Assembly (NCBI RefSeq): GCF_002113885.1
Contig: NW_018405547.1
Location: 23,826-87,825 of the forward strand
Direction: 5' to 3'
From: Mizuhopecten yessoensis
Taxonomy: Eukaryota
Length of the DNA stretch: 64,000 bases
The notes beneath the pieces were generated by a model. It was given only the letters and a program-made list of their open reading frames with translations, was not told the DNA's origin and did not search any database. Positions 13,082-26,898 of the stretch are shown in pieces. Every line of letters begins with the position of its first letter. Within the stretch, counting starts at the first letter, position 1. Both the position numbers and the translations under genes were made by a program.

Positions 13082-14849
13082 AAGGACACGAGCACAAAGA
13101 GAGGCAGGTTTATATAAGGATTAACTTGCTTCATTTCAAGATAGTTCTGTAGTATGACATAGGAAGCGTAGGTCCTTGTCCCGTGTAAAAGTCCTACAAC
13201 ACGATAGGTTTTTTCTTCAATAGAGAATATCAAAAAGAATAATTTGCATCCGTTTGTTTTTTTAATTATCACCAAAAGTTGTTTATTTGAGTAAAACATA
13301 CCCTGACAAGATCTGAAATTTAACGTGTTCCATATAGCTAGACCGACTTCCACACACCTCACAGATTATATTTAGGCCCCAGCAGTAGGTTATTTACGGT
13401 ATTATACGACAATCAAATGCATTGATTATTTAACTATGGACACTCATTTTAGACACAATTACAAATTTATGTCATTACGAGGCCATTAGCGGGCCTGTAT
13501 GGAGTACTAACGAGTGACGAGGGGCTGCACGCCGGACAGATGGCGGGAATCTGACCAGTAGCAGGACGTCTCTGTGGACTTGTCTGATATGCAAATAAAT
13601 ATTGTCCAACACAATTAGTTTATAGATTTATGCGTTCGTTGTATGCGTACACCATTCGAGGGTAAAGCTGTGACGTAATACTAGGCATCTGGCCCCGGCA
13701 CGTGAAATGGTGACACATATAACAGATATCGCGCTCATCACACAGCTGTACCTAGGGGTTTCGCGAGCCGTCGATATTACCACAGCCAGTAGTCCACATT
13801 TCGCAATTATGGAAATTATTATTAAACGATGACCAACCATCACGAGTTGTAGAAGATTTTTCCACAGCGTTTATTTCATGTCAGGAAAGCTATATTTTAA
13901 GCATCATGACTATACAACATTCAAGTTTACGTTTACAACGAGCAACATATCAGCCCAATAGAGCTACCTTGTCCCTAACGATCATCCAGTCCAGTTCCTC
14001 TGCAACAGAACGAGTTTAACGTAGTCTGCAATAAAACGTTAAGGCTGATGTCTTCATAAAAATAGGCTAATGGCTTTGTGGTCTTTATTGTTTCGACTGG
14101 CAATACTAGTTTTGATTTAAGGCTGATATGCCTCATTAAATTTAACTTTGTCCAGTTGACTTCGTATAACCTACGAATGCCAAATGAAAGCAGTAAAGTA
14201 GTTACAATGTGATATGCTTTTAATTGATAAATTCTACGTTTTATACTCCTGCTGGAATGAACACAAATCGGCTACACCACTTTGCACGAATTTCGCCTGG
14301 GCAATTATTGGCAAAATCAAATTTCCACGGCAATTTTTGCTTTTTCAGGAACTGCTGAAGTACCATGACAAACTATGACTGTCCTTTGTGTCTTTTGTTG
14401 GGCTTAAATCGAAATCGGCGGTTCTCAAAATCAAATTTGTCACTAGACCGTCTTTAGTTGTGTTTTTATATTGCGTATGAAGCTTGTTAACGGTATTTTA
14501 GGGCGGTACCCAAGAACTCGTGATAATAATTGATACATATTATCAACTTTGTCAAAAGCCGTGCATTTTCCACTATTTATGTATCGTTATTTCTAGCGTA
14601 GGACAAAAAACTCTAAGATCCCCTTAGTATTGTGTACGTGTACACGTGGTTGTTACAAAAGAGAACGAATAAAACCCAACATACCAGTAACATTTCATTT
14701 TCATAGGTAGGCGCCAAGATCCCTCTGGATTTTCTTGTTTATTAACTACTTTTTAATTAATTAAATTAAGAAAATTACTCGTGATGTGTATAATATTGAT
14801 CAAACGAAAACCAGTGGGAGTCCATCTTAACTGTTTATATTTGTTACAG

Positions 14850-15039
14850 GGATCAGACATGCCTGTATGCACTGACCTAAGCAAGCCATGTGACATGGCG
14901 ATAGGCCTGATGCAAAACGGAAGTCTATCACAAATCACAACCGAAGAAGAAATGTGCGCATGTCCCGGAACAAGCAGCTGTCCTAGAGGTTGGAACACAG
15001 ACCTGAAAAAGTCAATCCGAATGGAGCTGAAATCCACAG
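14850..15039 (+). CDS. Argos-like protein, exon 2 (GSDMPVCTDLSKPC...MCACPGTSSCP...)
   Basis: TTACAG| acceptor in phase 0, donor G|GTATAC in phase 1, 5 Cys. Confidence 0.85.
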
Positions 15040-15685
15040 GTATACCACTAACTAAGCCAAGGATATATATATAGGAATACTTTAAAAGGATGATTTTCCC
15101 ATAGAAAATCGTGCAAGGGACATTGCTCAAGGCTCGTTGATAATTCTTTCAATGTACACTATTTGATTGTGAAGTGTATCACTTTGCACCATGGGTCGAA
15201 ACTTTTTAGTATCTCTGAAAATGTCAATGAGTTGTCAAGATGTGATCCTTCAATGAGACTAATAAAGCTAATCCAATAGGAAATTGCAAGTAAATCGGCC
15301 TGCTTTGTGTATTTTCCTATACGATTTCTATATGATGGCATAACATTTAACATGGAAATTACCACATGTATCTGAATACTTAATCATTTTAGTACACATG
15401 ATTAATATCTTTAAGAGAATGTAGTAGGTTCGTTTTTATCAGTGTTTGTTTTTGAAGCATATGGCGATCACGTGGAATGCTTCTGAAAATGATGGACGGA
15501 GTTTGTTGAAACAACCAGCTTCGGTTAGGCTGTAACGATGTGTAAAATACTACATTATAACGATATTACACACTTAAAACCTATATTAATAACGCACTAT
15601 TAACGTCTCGGGCAGTACCCAGCTCAAAATAGGAACTGTCATATGGAAGAGCCACTCTATAACAACCTACTGAATTCTATTCCAG

Positions 15686-15900
15686 GTTCACAAGCCCTGA
15701 TGCAATTCAACTACTGTGAACACATTCCTGTTCTTTCCGTTTGTAACGGAAATGAAATTGCGCTGAAAACTCTCGAGATTGGACTATTTCCAGAAGAAAT
15801 TTTGGAAAACAACTGTCGATGTCCAAACGGTCAGCATCTTTTCCTGAAGAAAAGTAGAATGATTCGCCATCGGCGATACCAGGAATACGTGTGTAGTATG
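15686..15900 (+). CDS. Argos-like protein, exon 3 (..QFNYCEHIPVLSVC...NCRCPNG...YVCSM)
   Basis: TTCCAG| acceptor in phase 1 matching exon 2, donor ATG|GTGAGT in phase 0, 5 Cys. Confidence 0.88.
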
Positions 15901-15944
15901 GTGAGTTCGATCTCCATAACAACGGTACAGCTAGAAAAGGGTAC

Positions 15945-17072
15945 TGGGTTACGTTCTTTCACTATTATCAATGGGTTACGTTATTTCACTATTATCAATG
16001 GGTTACGTTATTTTATTATTATCAATGGGTTACGTTATTTTACTATTATCAATGGGTAACGTTATTTTACTATTATCAATGGGTTACATTATTTTACTAT
16101 TATCAATCGGTTACGTTATTTTACTATTATCAATGGGTTTTTTTTACAATTATCAATGGGTTGGGTTATTTTACTATTATCAATGGGTTGGGTTATTTTA
16201 CTATTATCATTGGGTTACTTTATTTTACTAATATCAATGGGTTGGGTTATCTTACTATTATCAATGGGTTGGGTTATTTTACTATTATCAATGGGCTGGG
16301 TTATTTTACTATTATCAATGGGTTACATTATTTTACTATTATCAATGGGTTACGCTATTTTTTCTATTATCAATGGTCTATTTTACTACTATAAATGGGT
16401 TGGGTTATTTTACTATTATCGATAGGTTGGGTTATTTTACTATTACCACTGGGTTAGGTTATTTTACTATAATCAATGGGTTGGGTTATTTTACTATTAT
16501 CAATGGGTTACGCTATTTTACTATTATCAATGGTCTATTTTACTGCTATAAATGGGTTGGGTTATTTTACTATTATCAATAGGTTGGGTTATTTTACTAT
16601 TATCAATGGGTTGGTTTATTTTACTATTATCAGTATGTTGGGTTATTTTACTATTATCAATGGGTTGGTTTATTTTACTTTTATCAATGGGTTGGGTTAT
16701 TTTACTATTATCAATGGGTTGGGTTATTTTACTATTATCAATTGGTTGGGTTATTTTACTATTATCAATAGGTTGGAATATTTTACTATTTTCAATGGGT
16801 TGGTTTATTTTACTATTATCAATGATATGGTTTGTTTTACTATTATCAATGGGTTGGGTTATTTTACTATTATCAATGGGTTACGTTATTTTACTATTAT
16901 CAATGGGTTACGTTATTTTACTATTATCAATGGGTTTGGTTATTTTACTATTATCAATTGGTTGGGTTATTTTACTATTATCAATTGGTTGGGTTATTTT
17001 ACTATTAATAATGGGTTGGGTTATTTTACTTTTATCAATTGGTTAGGTTATTTTTCTATTATCAATGGGTTG
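15945..17072. repeat. 27-bp minisatellite (ACTATTATCAATGGGTTRSGTTATTTT) in intron 3 of the Argos-like gene
   Basis: About 40 tandem units; source of the YFTIINGLG/ILLLSMGWV ORFs. Confidence 0.95.
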
Positions 17073-17382
17073 GCCCATACTATGGTGCTGCCGTAAAGCA
17101 TACAACAGATCTTACAACTATTACCTGTCGTAGTATTTTTTCCTCGCATTTGATCAACGTAAACATAAAATATATGGTAAAGTGGATTAAAAACTTGCTG
17201 CACATCGAGAAAAAGTACATTCCAAGACCCCTTCATTTGTAAATATGTTCTACATCACGCAAAGAAACCCTTAGTCGCTGTTTAGGTTACAGCAAGTCGT
17301 TAGGTTACAGTCGTTAGGTTAGTCAGTCGTTTGGTTACAGCCAGTCGTCAGGGATTTTGTTTGAAATGTAGGCACAGTACTT

Positions 17383-17573
17383 ATTATTACCCAATAGTCT
17401 ATATAAATTATAATTAGTCATTTTTGACTGTTTCTGGCCTTTTGTCCAATTTCGGCTGTAGGGGTGAAACAGTCAAAATTATTACCCAATAGTCTATATA
17501 AATTATAATTAGTCATTTTTGACTGTTTCTGGGTTTTTGTCCAATTTCGGCTGTAGGGGTGAAACAGTCAAAA
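17383..17573. repeat. 95-bp tandem duplication with internal inverted motif TTTTGACTGTTTC/GAAACAGTCAAAA
   Basis: Two near-identical copies starting at 17383 and 17478. Confidence 0.85.
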
Positions 17574-18275
17574 CTGTTTTCCCGGTCAGAGCGAACTGTT
17601 ACCCGGCGCGAATTCGATGCGCAGAAATCACCCCTCGAGAGCCCCGTTCAAGCGTTTCGATGACCGCGACTCAGTGTTGTTTACGCAGACGAAGCAATGC
17701 AATGGCGAGTCATCATTATATGCAGCATTGATACTGATATGTATTTGGTAATAAAACAATTGTTTCATTGTTTTATTATTTGTAATACATTCAAAATTGA
17801 TGTTAAGCATATTTGTTTCAATGGCTATTTGGGGAACAGTCAAAACTATCATCCCGAGGTAGGGGGAAGCCCGTTGGAACTGTTACATGTTGTCTTAGTC
17901 TTCGTATGACTGCTGCTTCAGACAAATACCCCGCGCAACTCTGGTATACATGTACATATGTTTACAGTTTCGGTGGCATGTGATCCCCTAGGTGCCGTCA
18001 AAAGTTGGTTGGAAGATGACGTATAGGATTTAGTCAACTCCTAAAGTAATTGGCGAGGCATACAGTAGCAGTATTTCTACCAGAACATTTTTCTCCTACG
18101 AGTCCTTAATGTACAAACCAACATTAAACATCAATTAAGGAATGCAGATTGTGTGAGTTACATACATGCTATTGATTTTAGCTCACGGAGTGCTGAGATG
18201 GCCGAAATGGATCGTTAATGATATTGACTGAGGAGGGGTGAATTTCTAATATCTGCTGTTGTAAATTTGTTACAG

Positions 18276-18452
18276 GCGGATTGTGACGTCAACAACAGTG
18301 GAAGCCCAATGTGCCTTCACTCCCTGAGAGGCGGCTTCGGTGTGTACACCACTACCTTCCATTGTCAGTGCGGAGAGGGGTTCGAATGCACCACAGACAG
18401 ACGCTCGGCGATCGGACGACTGGACATATATGGCCAGTGTGAGGTGATGTGA
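18276..18452 (+). CDS. Argos-like protein, exon 4 (ADC...PMC...HCQCGEGFEC...YGQCEVM*)
   Basis: TTACAG| acceptor in phase 0, 6 Cys, TGA stop; spliced product is 230 aa. Confidence 0.85.
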   Translation, partial: ADCDVNNSGSPMCLHSLRGGFGVYTTTFHCQCGEGFECTTDRRSAIGRLDIYGQCEVM

Positions 18453-19249
18453 TTCTGATGGACAGAGAAGAATGGACGCACACAGCTTATACCTGGTGGT
18501 TCTAGTGAAATAACTAAGGACACTTGACATACAGGGCATCTTTGTGGATAACAACAATGACTTGTGTGGTGTGTGTATATATATCCCGGGGTATGACCTA
18601 ACCACTATACGTGTTGTGTATACAACAGTACACAGTTTGATGTCGGTTAATTGTGATGACAACCTAGCTTACTGGGCTGTGTCACTTATCATATATATTT
18701 TGTTTTACTGTTTAAATGGGGATTAGTTCGACATTAACAGGACTTAAGCTTTAAAACTTAAAAAAGGTAACAATGATAAAACATCATTGATGCACAAAAG
18801 AGACTGTGACCTCACACCCATTATACCTTGAAATCCAGCGCACGTGCATTGTATTGAAGTGATTTAATGATTTATTTAACATTTACGTCAGTTATAATTA
18901 AGTATTTAAAATACCTAAGTGTTAAAATACCAAATCATGAAATGGACCACCTGTCTATAATGACTAGCTGTCTAAAACTTCCATTTATAGATACCCTGAA
19001 TGGTGTTCTCCATATTGGCGGGGTTTATCGACCAGCTTTAATGACATCGGTTTGGAAGGGGGATACTTTTTTAGTTCAGGGATCACATACGACACATATG
19101 GCAGAATTATGGTATTAAAACATCAACGAATCTGTAAGACTACACAGGATAATGATCCAAGGACTTAAAAATGACGTCCACAAGAGGACAAATAGGTCTG
19201 TATACGTATCTTCGCCTCTTATAGGATGGTGTTTACAAATGAATCTCTA

Positions 19250-19830
19250 AATTAGGTGACCTTTCTTGGAATATTTCATTACATTTTACTCCTATTGTGA
19301 CAGGTGTCAATGCTCTGTCCTTGAACAAACTCGATAGCCTGTTAGCATTACAAGTAGGGGCTTAATTTGTCTATTTTGTGATCTATATGGTCACATAGAA
19401 ACCGTTATGTATTTAAACATATTTTAACAGTTCGACTTTGAAAGGTGGTCAAGGTAGATAATATACATTTAAACAAACTTGGTAGTTCTTCAAATTAACA
19501 AACAAGATCCCATTAATCTAAACTTTATGAATGTCTAGGAGAAATCGGTGAAGATTTACAGGTATGACCCCTGTGACCTTTAAAGGTTGGTCAAGATAAT
19601 TTGTTTTACAAGCTCGTTTGATAATTTTCAAACAGCTGACCCCTGTGACATTGAAAGTGGGTCAGGGTTATTTATTCGAACAAACTTGATTGTCCTTACT
19701 AATTACTCCTTAATAAATCTTCAGAAGTTGTTGTTTGATGATTTTAACACATTTAACAAGCGTGACCTTTAAAATAGGTAAATTCTAAAAAGTATGATAT
19801 GACCTCATCCCACCATACCATAAGCCAAAT
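19250..19830. repeat. Degenerate interspersed repeat with TGACCCCTGTGACCTT..GGTCAAGG..AACAAACTT modules
   Basis: The motif recurs 3-4 times; similar to abundant bivalve MITE/satellite-like repeats (recalled). Confidence 0.5.
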
Positions 19831-21227
19831 ATATTCATGCTGAATCTTATGCATATTTAGACTTGAAGCTGTGCAAAGCACAGACCAATTATCAGACAAG
19901 CCATGTGTGATTGAAAACTGCTTCTCCCACAACCATTTTAGGTTACCTCTCTCCCGACTAATTGGATAAATATGCTAGGTGTTTGTAAACGTTTTTGGTT
20001 ACCCACTAGTTGGTCAATCATCTAATTATGACGTCATCTTCTATTGTGATGTCATAGTTTCGTGGCAATTCCCCGAACGGCAACAGGAATTTTCTAGATA
20101 TGCTATCAGAACGTTGTGGCAGAAAAAGGTCCCTAAAGTGGTGATGGTTTATTATCATGTTAATCTTACTCTCGGTAAACCTCGTGTCTTTATACAATCT
20201 GAAAACTAACTAACTCGGGTAAGATAAGCATGATATCCAGCCACCACTCGGTGGGAGCTTCTATATCCCATTTTGGCGAAATAACGTACATGTACATTTT
20301 GTAGGTAGTTCGAAGTTTGGACATTCGTGGAGTACCGGTATGGACAACGTGTCGCTTCAGCTTCAGTGTCTGTATCCTTAGTGCTGACGCATTATGAATA
20401 TAATATTCAATAATTATATAAAAAGTATATCGATTTAAGAATTTCAAATCAAATTAGACTTTATTGGTATTGAAACATTAGATATAAATTAATTAGTCAG
20501 TACGGAAAAGTTGGGACCTACAAAATGTATATTGAGGGACGACTCGGGTTGTGAAATGTTGTTCCCGATATGCAAACACACATAAACAATTAAGATATTA
20601 TGTTGCAAATTGTTTGCGTATCGAAGAACACTATAATGGCGTTTCTGATTGAATTATATTGATCATATGACAGGGAAACAAACGGCGTGCTATCCTCACT
20701 GTTGTTCTCCGGATCATATTTCCCTAATTCGAGCCTCTCTGAAATATGAAGAAGGGACATAACGTAGTAACAGAAAGCTGACTAAAACGTTGGCGCTTAA
20801 GTCTGAAGATCTCTTATTGCCGTGTTATTGGATTATTTCGACATTATACAATTTGTATTTCCCGTGTGGTAATGAAGAACATGACTCATTGTTTCCCCGA
20901 GATTAACCATGTTTCACTAAGCACATCAAAGGATCATGTTCTCTTGTTACCACAAGGACAATGCATGCATAAGTACATGTGGACTAGAGTGTTACTGTAA
21001 GTATACGAACTGGACGTTTATTGTATTCCCTTCCTTGACTGATAAAGGGAAGTTAATCTTGAGCAAAGTGTTCATGAATGTCCTTGAATTTCACGTATTT
21101 CACGTACTTTGTACGAGATTCACTCCCTTTCAGCAGTCCATGCAAGCAACGACAAAATAAATAAATAAAAACAACACGATTACTTCGCAGTAGGTACATT
21201 TTATCAGAGACTTGGTCCGGATTTGGT

Positions 21228-21345
21228 CTTTTCACAACATTTCTCTAGTTTACAAGGTTCGGATGTAGCCTTTTCACAACATACATTTCTCTAGTTTACA
21301 AGGTCCGGATGTAGCCTTTTTCAAAACATTCCTCTAGTTTACAAG
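21228..21345. repeat. ~42-bp unit, about 3 tandem copies
   Basis: TTTTCACAACATTTCTCTAGTTTACAAGG repeated. Confidence 0.8.
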
Positions 21346-22169
21346 AAATAGTACTAATGTACCCATTCGTATCGTTATGAAAGGAAACAGTTGTCATTTC
21401 AAAATACATTTGTAAAGAGATTTTGACTTGATCTGAAGATCCCAGTCAACATGAGCCTTACATCGAGGAACATTTGATGACGTCGAGAAGAGACGTCTAA
21501 AGCTAGTAGTATATACGTCTCTGCATCAAGGACATATGACGTGTATATTACAATATATATAAATCAAAACGATTTACTGCATTATTGTTGTTTAACCACG
21601 TTCTCGGATGCAATACATGGACTTTTTGAAATTCAGACTTCTAATATACACCATAACACTTTTGTTGAAAGCGTGGGAAATAAGCTAAACGAATACAAAT
21701 CACCGAATATTGTTGATAAATGTCAAACGGTGAAACGGTTATCTCCCTTACTCTGTTAAAACAACATTTTAAGGAAAACGCGTAAAAACGCACAGGACGT
21801 AACGTTTTGACGTAGCTAGAACTCGGAGAGATGACGGATGCAGTGCCATGGCTGCAGCTGACGAGCGTGCATGGTATACCTACCATTGTTTCAGCGACTG
21901 AAGAGTTGAATTCTTCTATCTACAAACATAGAATATGATATGCATATGGACGAGTTGAATTTTTGATGAAAGTCTACAAACAAGTGCAAATAATTCACTA
22001 TAAAAAGAGGATTGGCATATATACCTTCAGTATGTATGTAACAATGGCTAAGACGGAGCAAGGAATAACAAAATAAAACATGTATAACTCTAAGAAGAAA
22101 TTGCGAAAGTTGCTGCACACCAAATATTTTTTTATGAAAATGACTAACTGACAGTCAAACAACCTCGAG

Positions 22170-23570
22170 GAAACGGATCCTGCATACTTGAATTCTAACG
22201 TAACTGTATGGACCAAATTTGAGGAATCCATTGGTAGGGCAATTAACTCTAGTATTGGAAATGTTATTATAACTGGTGGTTTTAACTTAAATTTATTGCA
22301 ACGCAGTCATAATTTTAAATATTTTGATAAAATAATGTACACTTACGGACTTACGCAGTTAATTACTGAATGTACGCATTATACTGAACATTCGACAGCC
22401 TTAATAGACGTTATATTGGTAAATAACGATTTTATAATAGATCGGTCTTATGTAGGGGAATCTTCCTTGACCAACCAGTAAGATACCATTGTCCCATCTA
22501 TGCAACTCTTAATATTGCTCAACATTCAACCGATTCGTACCGAAGGGAAATTTGGCTTTATAAGCATGGACATTTTGACAAACTAAGAGAACTATTTAGA
22601 AATGTCGGATTGGCCTCAAGTATATGATGCTAATATCGATCTAGCATGCAAGCGTCTAACTGACCTCATCGATTCCGCTTCTTCTTCGGCTATCCCTAAC
22701 AAAACGGTCATTATGAGAAAACGTGATCATCCATGGATGAACAAAAAAATCAGAAAAATTAATATTAAAACGTAAAAAAATCACAATAAGGCTAAACTTA
22801 CTGATAGCCAATCTGACTGGTCTATTTTCAGACAAACTCGTAACAAGTGTGTAAATGCCATTAGACAATCTAAAGAATCTTATTTTAACGGTTTGTCATC
22901 AAAATTATCTGATTTAAGACAATGCAACAAGTCATAGTGGTTAACTGTAAAACTCTTCATGAACAATAGTGGTAAATGTGGATAAATACCAACGATTTTT
23001 CATGATAATGTCTATTACGAAACTGATGTTGATAAAGCTAATGTTTTTAATTTGTATTTTTCAAGTCAATCCTTTGTGGATAATTCAATGGTTATGCTTC
23101 CTCCACTAATAGAATTCCCTAATCGTATTTTTTGTCTGAGTAATATAAATATATCATGTATTGATGTTAAGGATGCCTTACTCAATTTGAAAACTGGTAA
23201 AGCTGTAGGACCAGATCTTATTAGTCCCAAAGGGCTCAAGGAAGCTGCAACATCACTTGCTGAGCCACTATCTATATTTTTTAATAAATCCTTACCACAA
23301 GGAATATTTCCATCATCGTGGAAAGTAGCAAATGTTTTACCTATATATAAAAAAGCCGTAATAATGTTAAAAACTATCGACCAATTTCACTTTTAAGTAT
23401 AATTGGTAAAGTGTTCGAGAGGTGCGTTTATACACATGTTCATAATTTTCTTCTTGATTTGAAAGTAATAACAAAATATCAATCAGGTTTTCCACCTCTA
23501 TTAACCAATTATTAAGTATTTCCAACGATTTTGTTAAGGCATTAGATTCAGGTAAAGAAATAAGAGTAGT
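22170..23570 (+). mobile_element. Degenerate CR1/L2-type LINE ORF2 (APE endonuclease C-terminus and RT N-terminus), 3'-truncated
   Basis: Motifs VIITGGFN, LTQLITECTH..LIDVIL, PWMNKKIRKL, KAVGPDLIS, FPSSWKVANVLPIYKK, NYRPISLL, ALDSGKEIRVV; many stops and frameshifts. Confidence 0.88.
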
Positions 23571-24059
23571 ACAACACAGCATTCAAGCTTCAGGTACTGT
23601 CAAATGGCGCGATGAGTCCCAAAACGATCGTAAACGGCGCTGACAAAAAAAACAAATAGGCATGGAACGTTAACGTTAGAAGTGTTAGATCAGAGGAAAT
23701 GGATGTAGTTTACAGAATTATAAACAACTATCAGCCGCACACCATTCTAAAACCGAATACTTATTTAGGCAAACGTACCGAAGTTCAAAGATTATTGATC
23801 AAGGTGCACCGAAATGACCGAACATTTGAGACCGGGCATGCCGGAGAAGGCTGTTAGGGAAAACTTAGTATCATATTAGTCGCTACTATTGACCTTGCAT
23901 GGAGCAACATATGTAATCCGGAGGAGTAGTGCCACTCTAGACCACTGAGTGATGACATCGTATTCTCATAAAAGTAGAAGATGACGGCCTAGAGCAATCT
24001 GAATCTTGACGACCTCAGCCTAAATCAATACAATAATATGATTCTCACTTCCAACACCA

Positions 24060-24530
24060 TTTTGAACACCAACACTCCATGTATTTGGCTGCAGTCAACC
24101 GGACTCCAGACACTGTACCGTGAAAACGACGACGTCAAACTACTTGTCCGCCGACCTGCTGTTCTTCCACTCATCCCCTTAGACCGCATAGAAGACGTCT
24201 GGTTCCAAACCCTTGAAGATGCTGATGATGCTGACATACCACATCCCTTGCTGCTTTTCACAGACTTCGTCACAGAGCTGGAAACACTTCTCAACAGAAG
24301 GACCTCGGACTACCAACCATCTGGAAGCTTTGCACGGAAAACTGAAGAAAAGAGAACGTGAATGACATCAACCGGATCAAGAGAGATGCAGGAGGCACTA
24401 CTCAACCCCGAAAGAAGAGTAACACACGCATCGACAGACGTCTGGCCACCATGAACGACCGTTATCAGACTGGAACTATCGACATGATGACCTACGCCGA
24501 TTCAGCATCACAGCTTCTGCATCTTGGATA
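24060..24530 (+). mobile_element. Mutator/MULE-like transposase C-terminal relic
   Basis: STGLQTLYRENDDVKLLVRRPAVLPLIPLDRIEDVWF...FTDFVT resembles invertebrate MULE transposase C-termini (recalled). Confidence 0.55.
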
Positions 24531-25566
24531 GAATGTTTTGTGCTAGAGACTTAAGTGATATATATAGAGAATGTGATTTGTGCAAGAAACTTCAGCTTCA
24601 TTTAGTGGTTTAGTTTATATTTTTATTTAATAATTAACTTTTAGTGCTGTTTTAAATGTGTATTACTGTTATATGTTTGAATAGAAACTTTATGTTATTG
24701 CTGACATTAGTATCAATGTGGCTTAAATTAAGGAATTTTATTTTTTCAATTTGTAAATATTAATATTTAATGACTATTTTCTATTACTTAGTGTTGTATT
24801 AAGTGTGTATTTCAGCTATATGTATGAATAAAAACTTTCTATCCATTATATATTTGACTTCAGTATCATATCTACAAATTGAGTTGACATTGTTAGTTGA
24901 GATGGGCTATAACTAAACTTCAAAGGATTTCCTATACACATTCCTTTCAATTCTCCAGAGTTCTCCAGGTCCGAAAAGCAGGAAGTCAGGCGGCCGTGAT
25001 TCCCTTCCTATATGACCGCGGGCACTATATCCCTACACAGGTGTTTATATCAGGTGTCTATGACACCGTCCGGTCAACTGTCGTGTAGGGGTGCACTGGG
25101 CCGCTGTCCTCTGAAAGGTAAGTAGACAAAACAGTTACAATTTAGAACTAATCTATAATTTGTTACATACAATCTACAAGCGTGATATCATTTACAGTTT
25201 TTTGATGTAGTTCGATGTTAATCGAGTTCGAACATCTCAGAACATTTTACCTTTTATCCATATATCTACAATGTATGTTACAGAACGTATTATGAAATAA
25301 TACCGACAACAGTCACACACAGAATGTTAATGCGATATGATTATTTAAATGAATGAGAATTATTGACGACAGGAAAGTATTTTCGGGTTTTATTTCAGAA
25401 GAGCTTACTTTTTTAATTATTGAGAGAAAATCAAAAACATTTTGAAACAACATTCATTTCTCTGTTGGTATTTTTTTGGACTTATCTTAATATCTAAACA
25501 TTGTCACTACGATAACTTACTAATAAAGTAAAACGTCTGATCCCTTTATTTCTTACAGCCAGCCAA

Positions 25567-25837
25567 ATGAAGCGCAATAAGACAGTATGGTTCTTGTTCA
25601 TCAGCATCGCGCTATTCATTTGCCGTCCGTCTGACGGTCAGTTTCTTGGTGGTGGCAGTGGTGGGTTCAATACCTTCCCCGGTACTCGAGGCCAGACGCC
25701 TGCATTTCAGGTCAACAGTGCCCTAGTTAACAATTACGACGGAGGGACTGCTAACCAAGTTGGACAGAGAAGATACCAGGAGTTGGTCAAGTACACACCA
25801 TACTATGTTGACGAGGAGAGAACGCCCGGCTTGTCAA
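25567..25837 (+). CDS. Secreted Gly-rich protein, coding exon 1 (signal peptide MKRNKTVWFLFISIALFICRPSDG)
   Basis: Acceptor TTACAG|CC just before the ATG; upstream UTR-exon donor AAG|GTAAGT at 25117; donor A|GTATGA in phase 1. Confidence 0.82.
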
Positions 25838-26236
25838 GTATGACAACTATTTACATACACCAATTCATTTCCTCGTTTGCTATTACTTATTCTACTCAAG
25901 TAACATTCATCAAGTTCTTTTTTGACCATAATCATTGCATTTTATATGAATAATGTTTTCCAACAAAACTAGTATCCCAATTAATTGGTATTTAAAAGTT
26001 TCCTTTCAAAGAAATACCTCCGCTGACCTTTTCCCATGTTGTAACTTGATTCTATACAGCTTTTGATCGTTTGCTATATGCAAAACGTTTTTTTTGTGTG
26101 ATTTTGCAGTCGTCCGATTTCTCTACACATATTGAATCTAAGGTGTTTCAATGTCCCTTTTTAAAGTTTCAAGATTTTATTAAAAAAAAATATGTCGGAA
26201 ACAAATGTTGATTGATATATCCAATCTATATTACAG

Positions 26237-26354
26237 TTGCAACTCTATTGCTGCTTGGCCTACTGTACGGTATAATCAGTATGACGTCGGCAAATCAATC
26301 GGACATGACGGTCACCATGCTCAGTGTTGGTATGGGTGCCTATCTTGGATATGG
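26237..26354 (+). CDS. Secreted Gly-rich protein, coding exon 2 (IATLLLLGLLYGIISMTS...MGAYLGYG)
   Basis: TTACAG| acceptor in phase 1, donor GG|GTACGT in phase 2, both compatible with the neighbouring exons. Confidence 0.78.
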
Positions 26355-26808
26355 GTACGTACACAATATATTACAGCAAACGTCAATTTGTTGTAAAGTA
26401 CTGCTAATAATGCAAAAGGCTTTTACTAATTATTTATCTCCTTTTATTTTCATATTTAAAAAGTTAAAATTCAGATTAGGTCTTTCATTAAGTTTTTTGT
26501 TTTCATTACTAATAAATGAAAATTAAGATTTGAAAAACATGTTGTCTTCAAGCAGTATAAGAGGTATTCAAAACGTTATCTCAGATATTCTTAACAACCC
26601 CTTCATTCATTTGTTGTACAAGGAGCGAATATTTTGAAAATTGAAGACCCTTTTGTTTCATCTCAATCATATATGATGATGACTATTTTGATCCTGACGT
26701 GAGCCTGAGTAAGAATGATATATTCGCAACATATTTCCGGTACATTAAAGAAGACTGAGACATCCATACACCTATTTACCCGTTATAATATTTCGTTTTT
26801 GTTGATAG

Positions 26809-26863
26809 TTTTGGTGGTGGTAGAGGGAGAAGAAGAGGTAGAGGAGGAGGTAGAGGAGGAGGA

Positions 26864-26898
<35 letters not shown>

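Noticed and set aside
12186-13362. Hydrophobic ORFs of 209-373 aa on the minus strand
   Set aside because: Translation of a pyrimidine-rich 78-bp minisatellite and (CT)n inside an intron
15971-17096. Membrane-like ORFs (ILLLSMGWV / YFTIINGLG)
   Set aside because: 27-bp intronic minisatellite with frequent frameshifts
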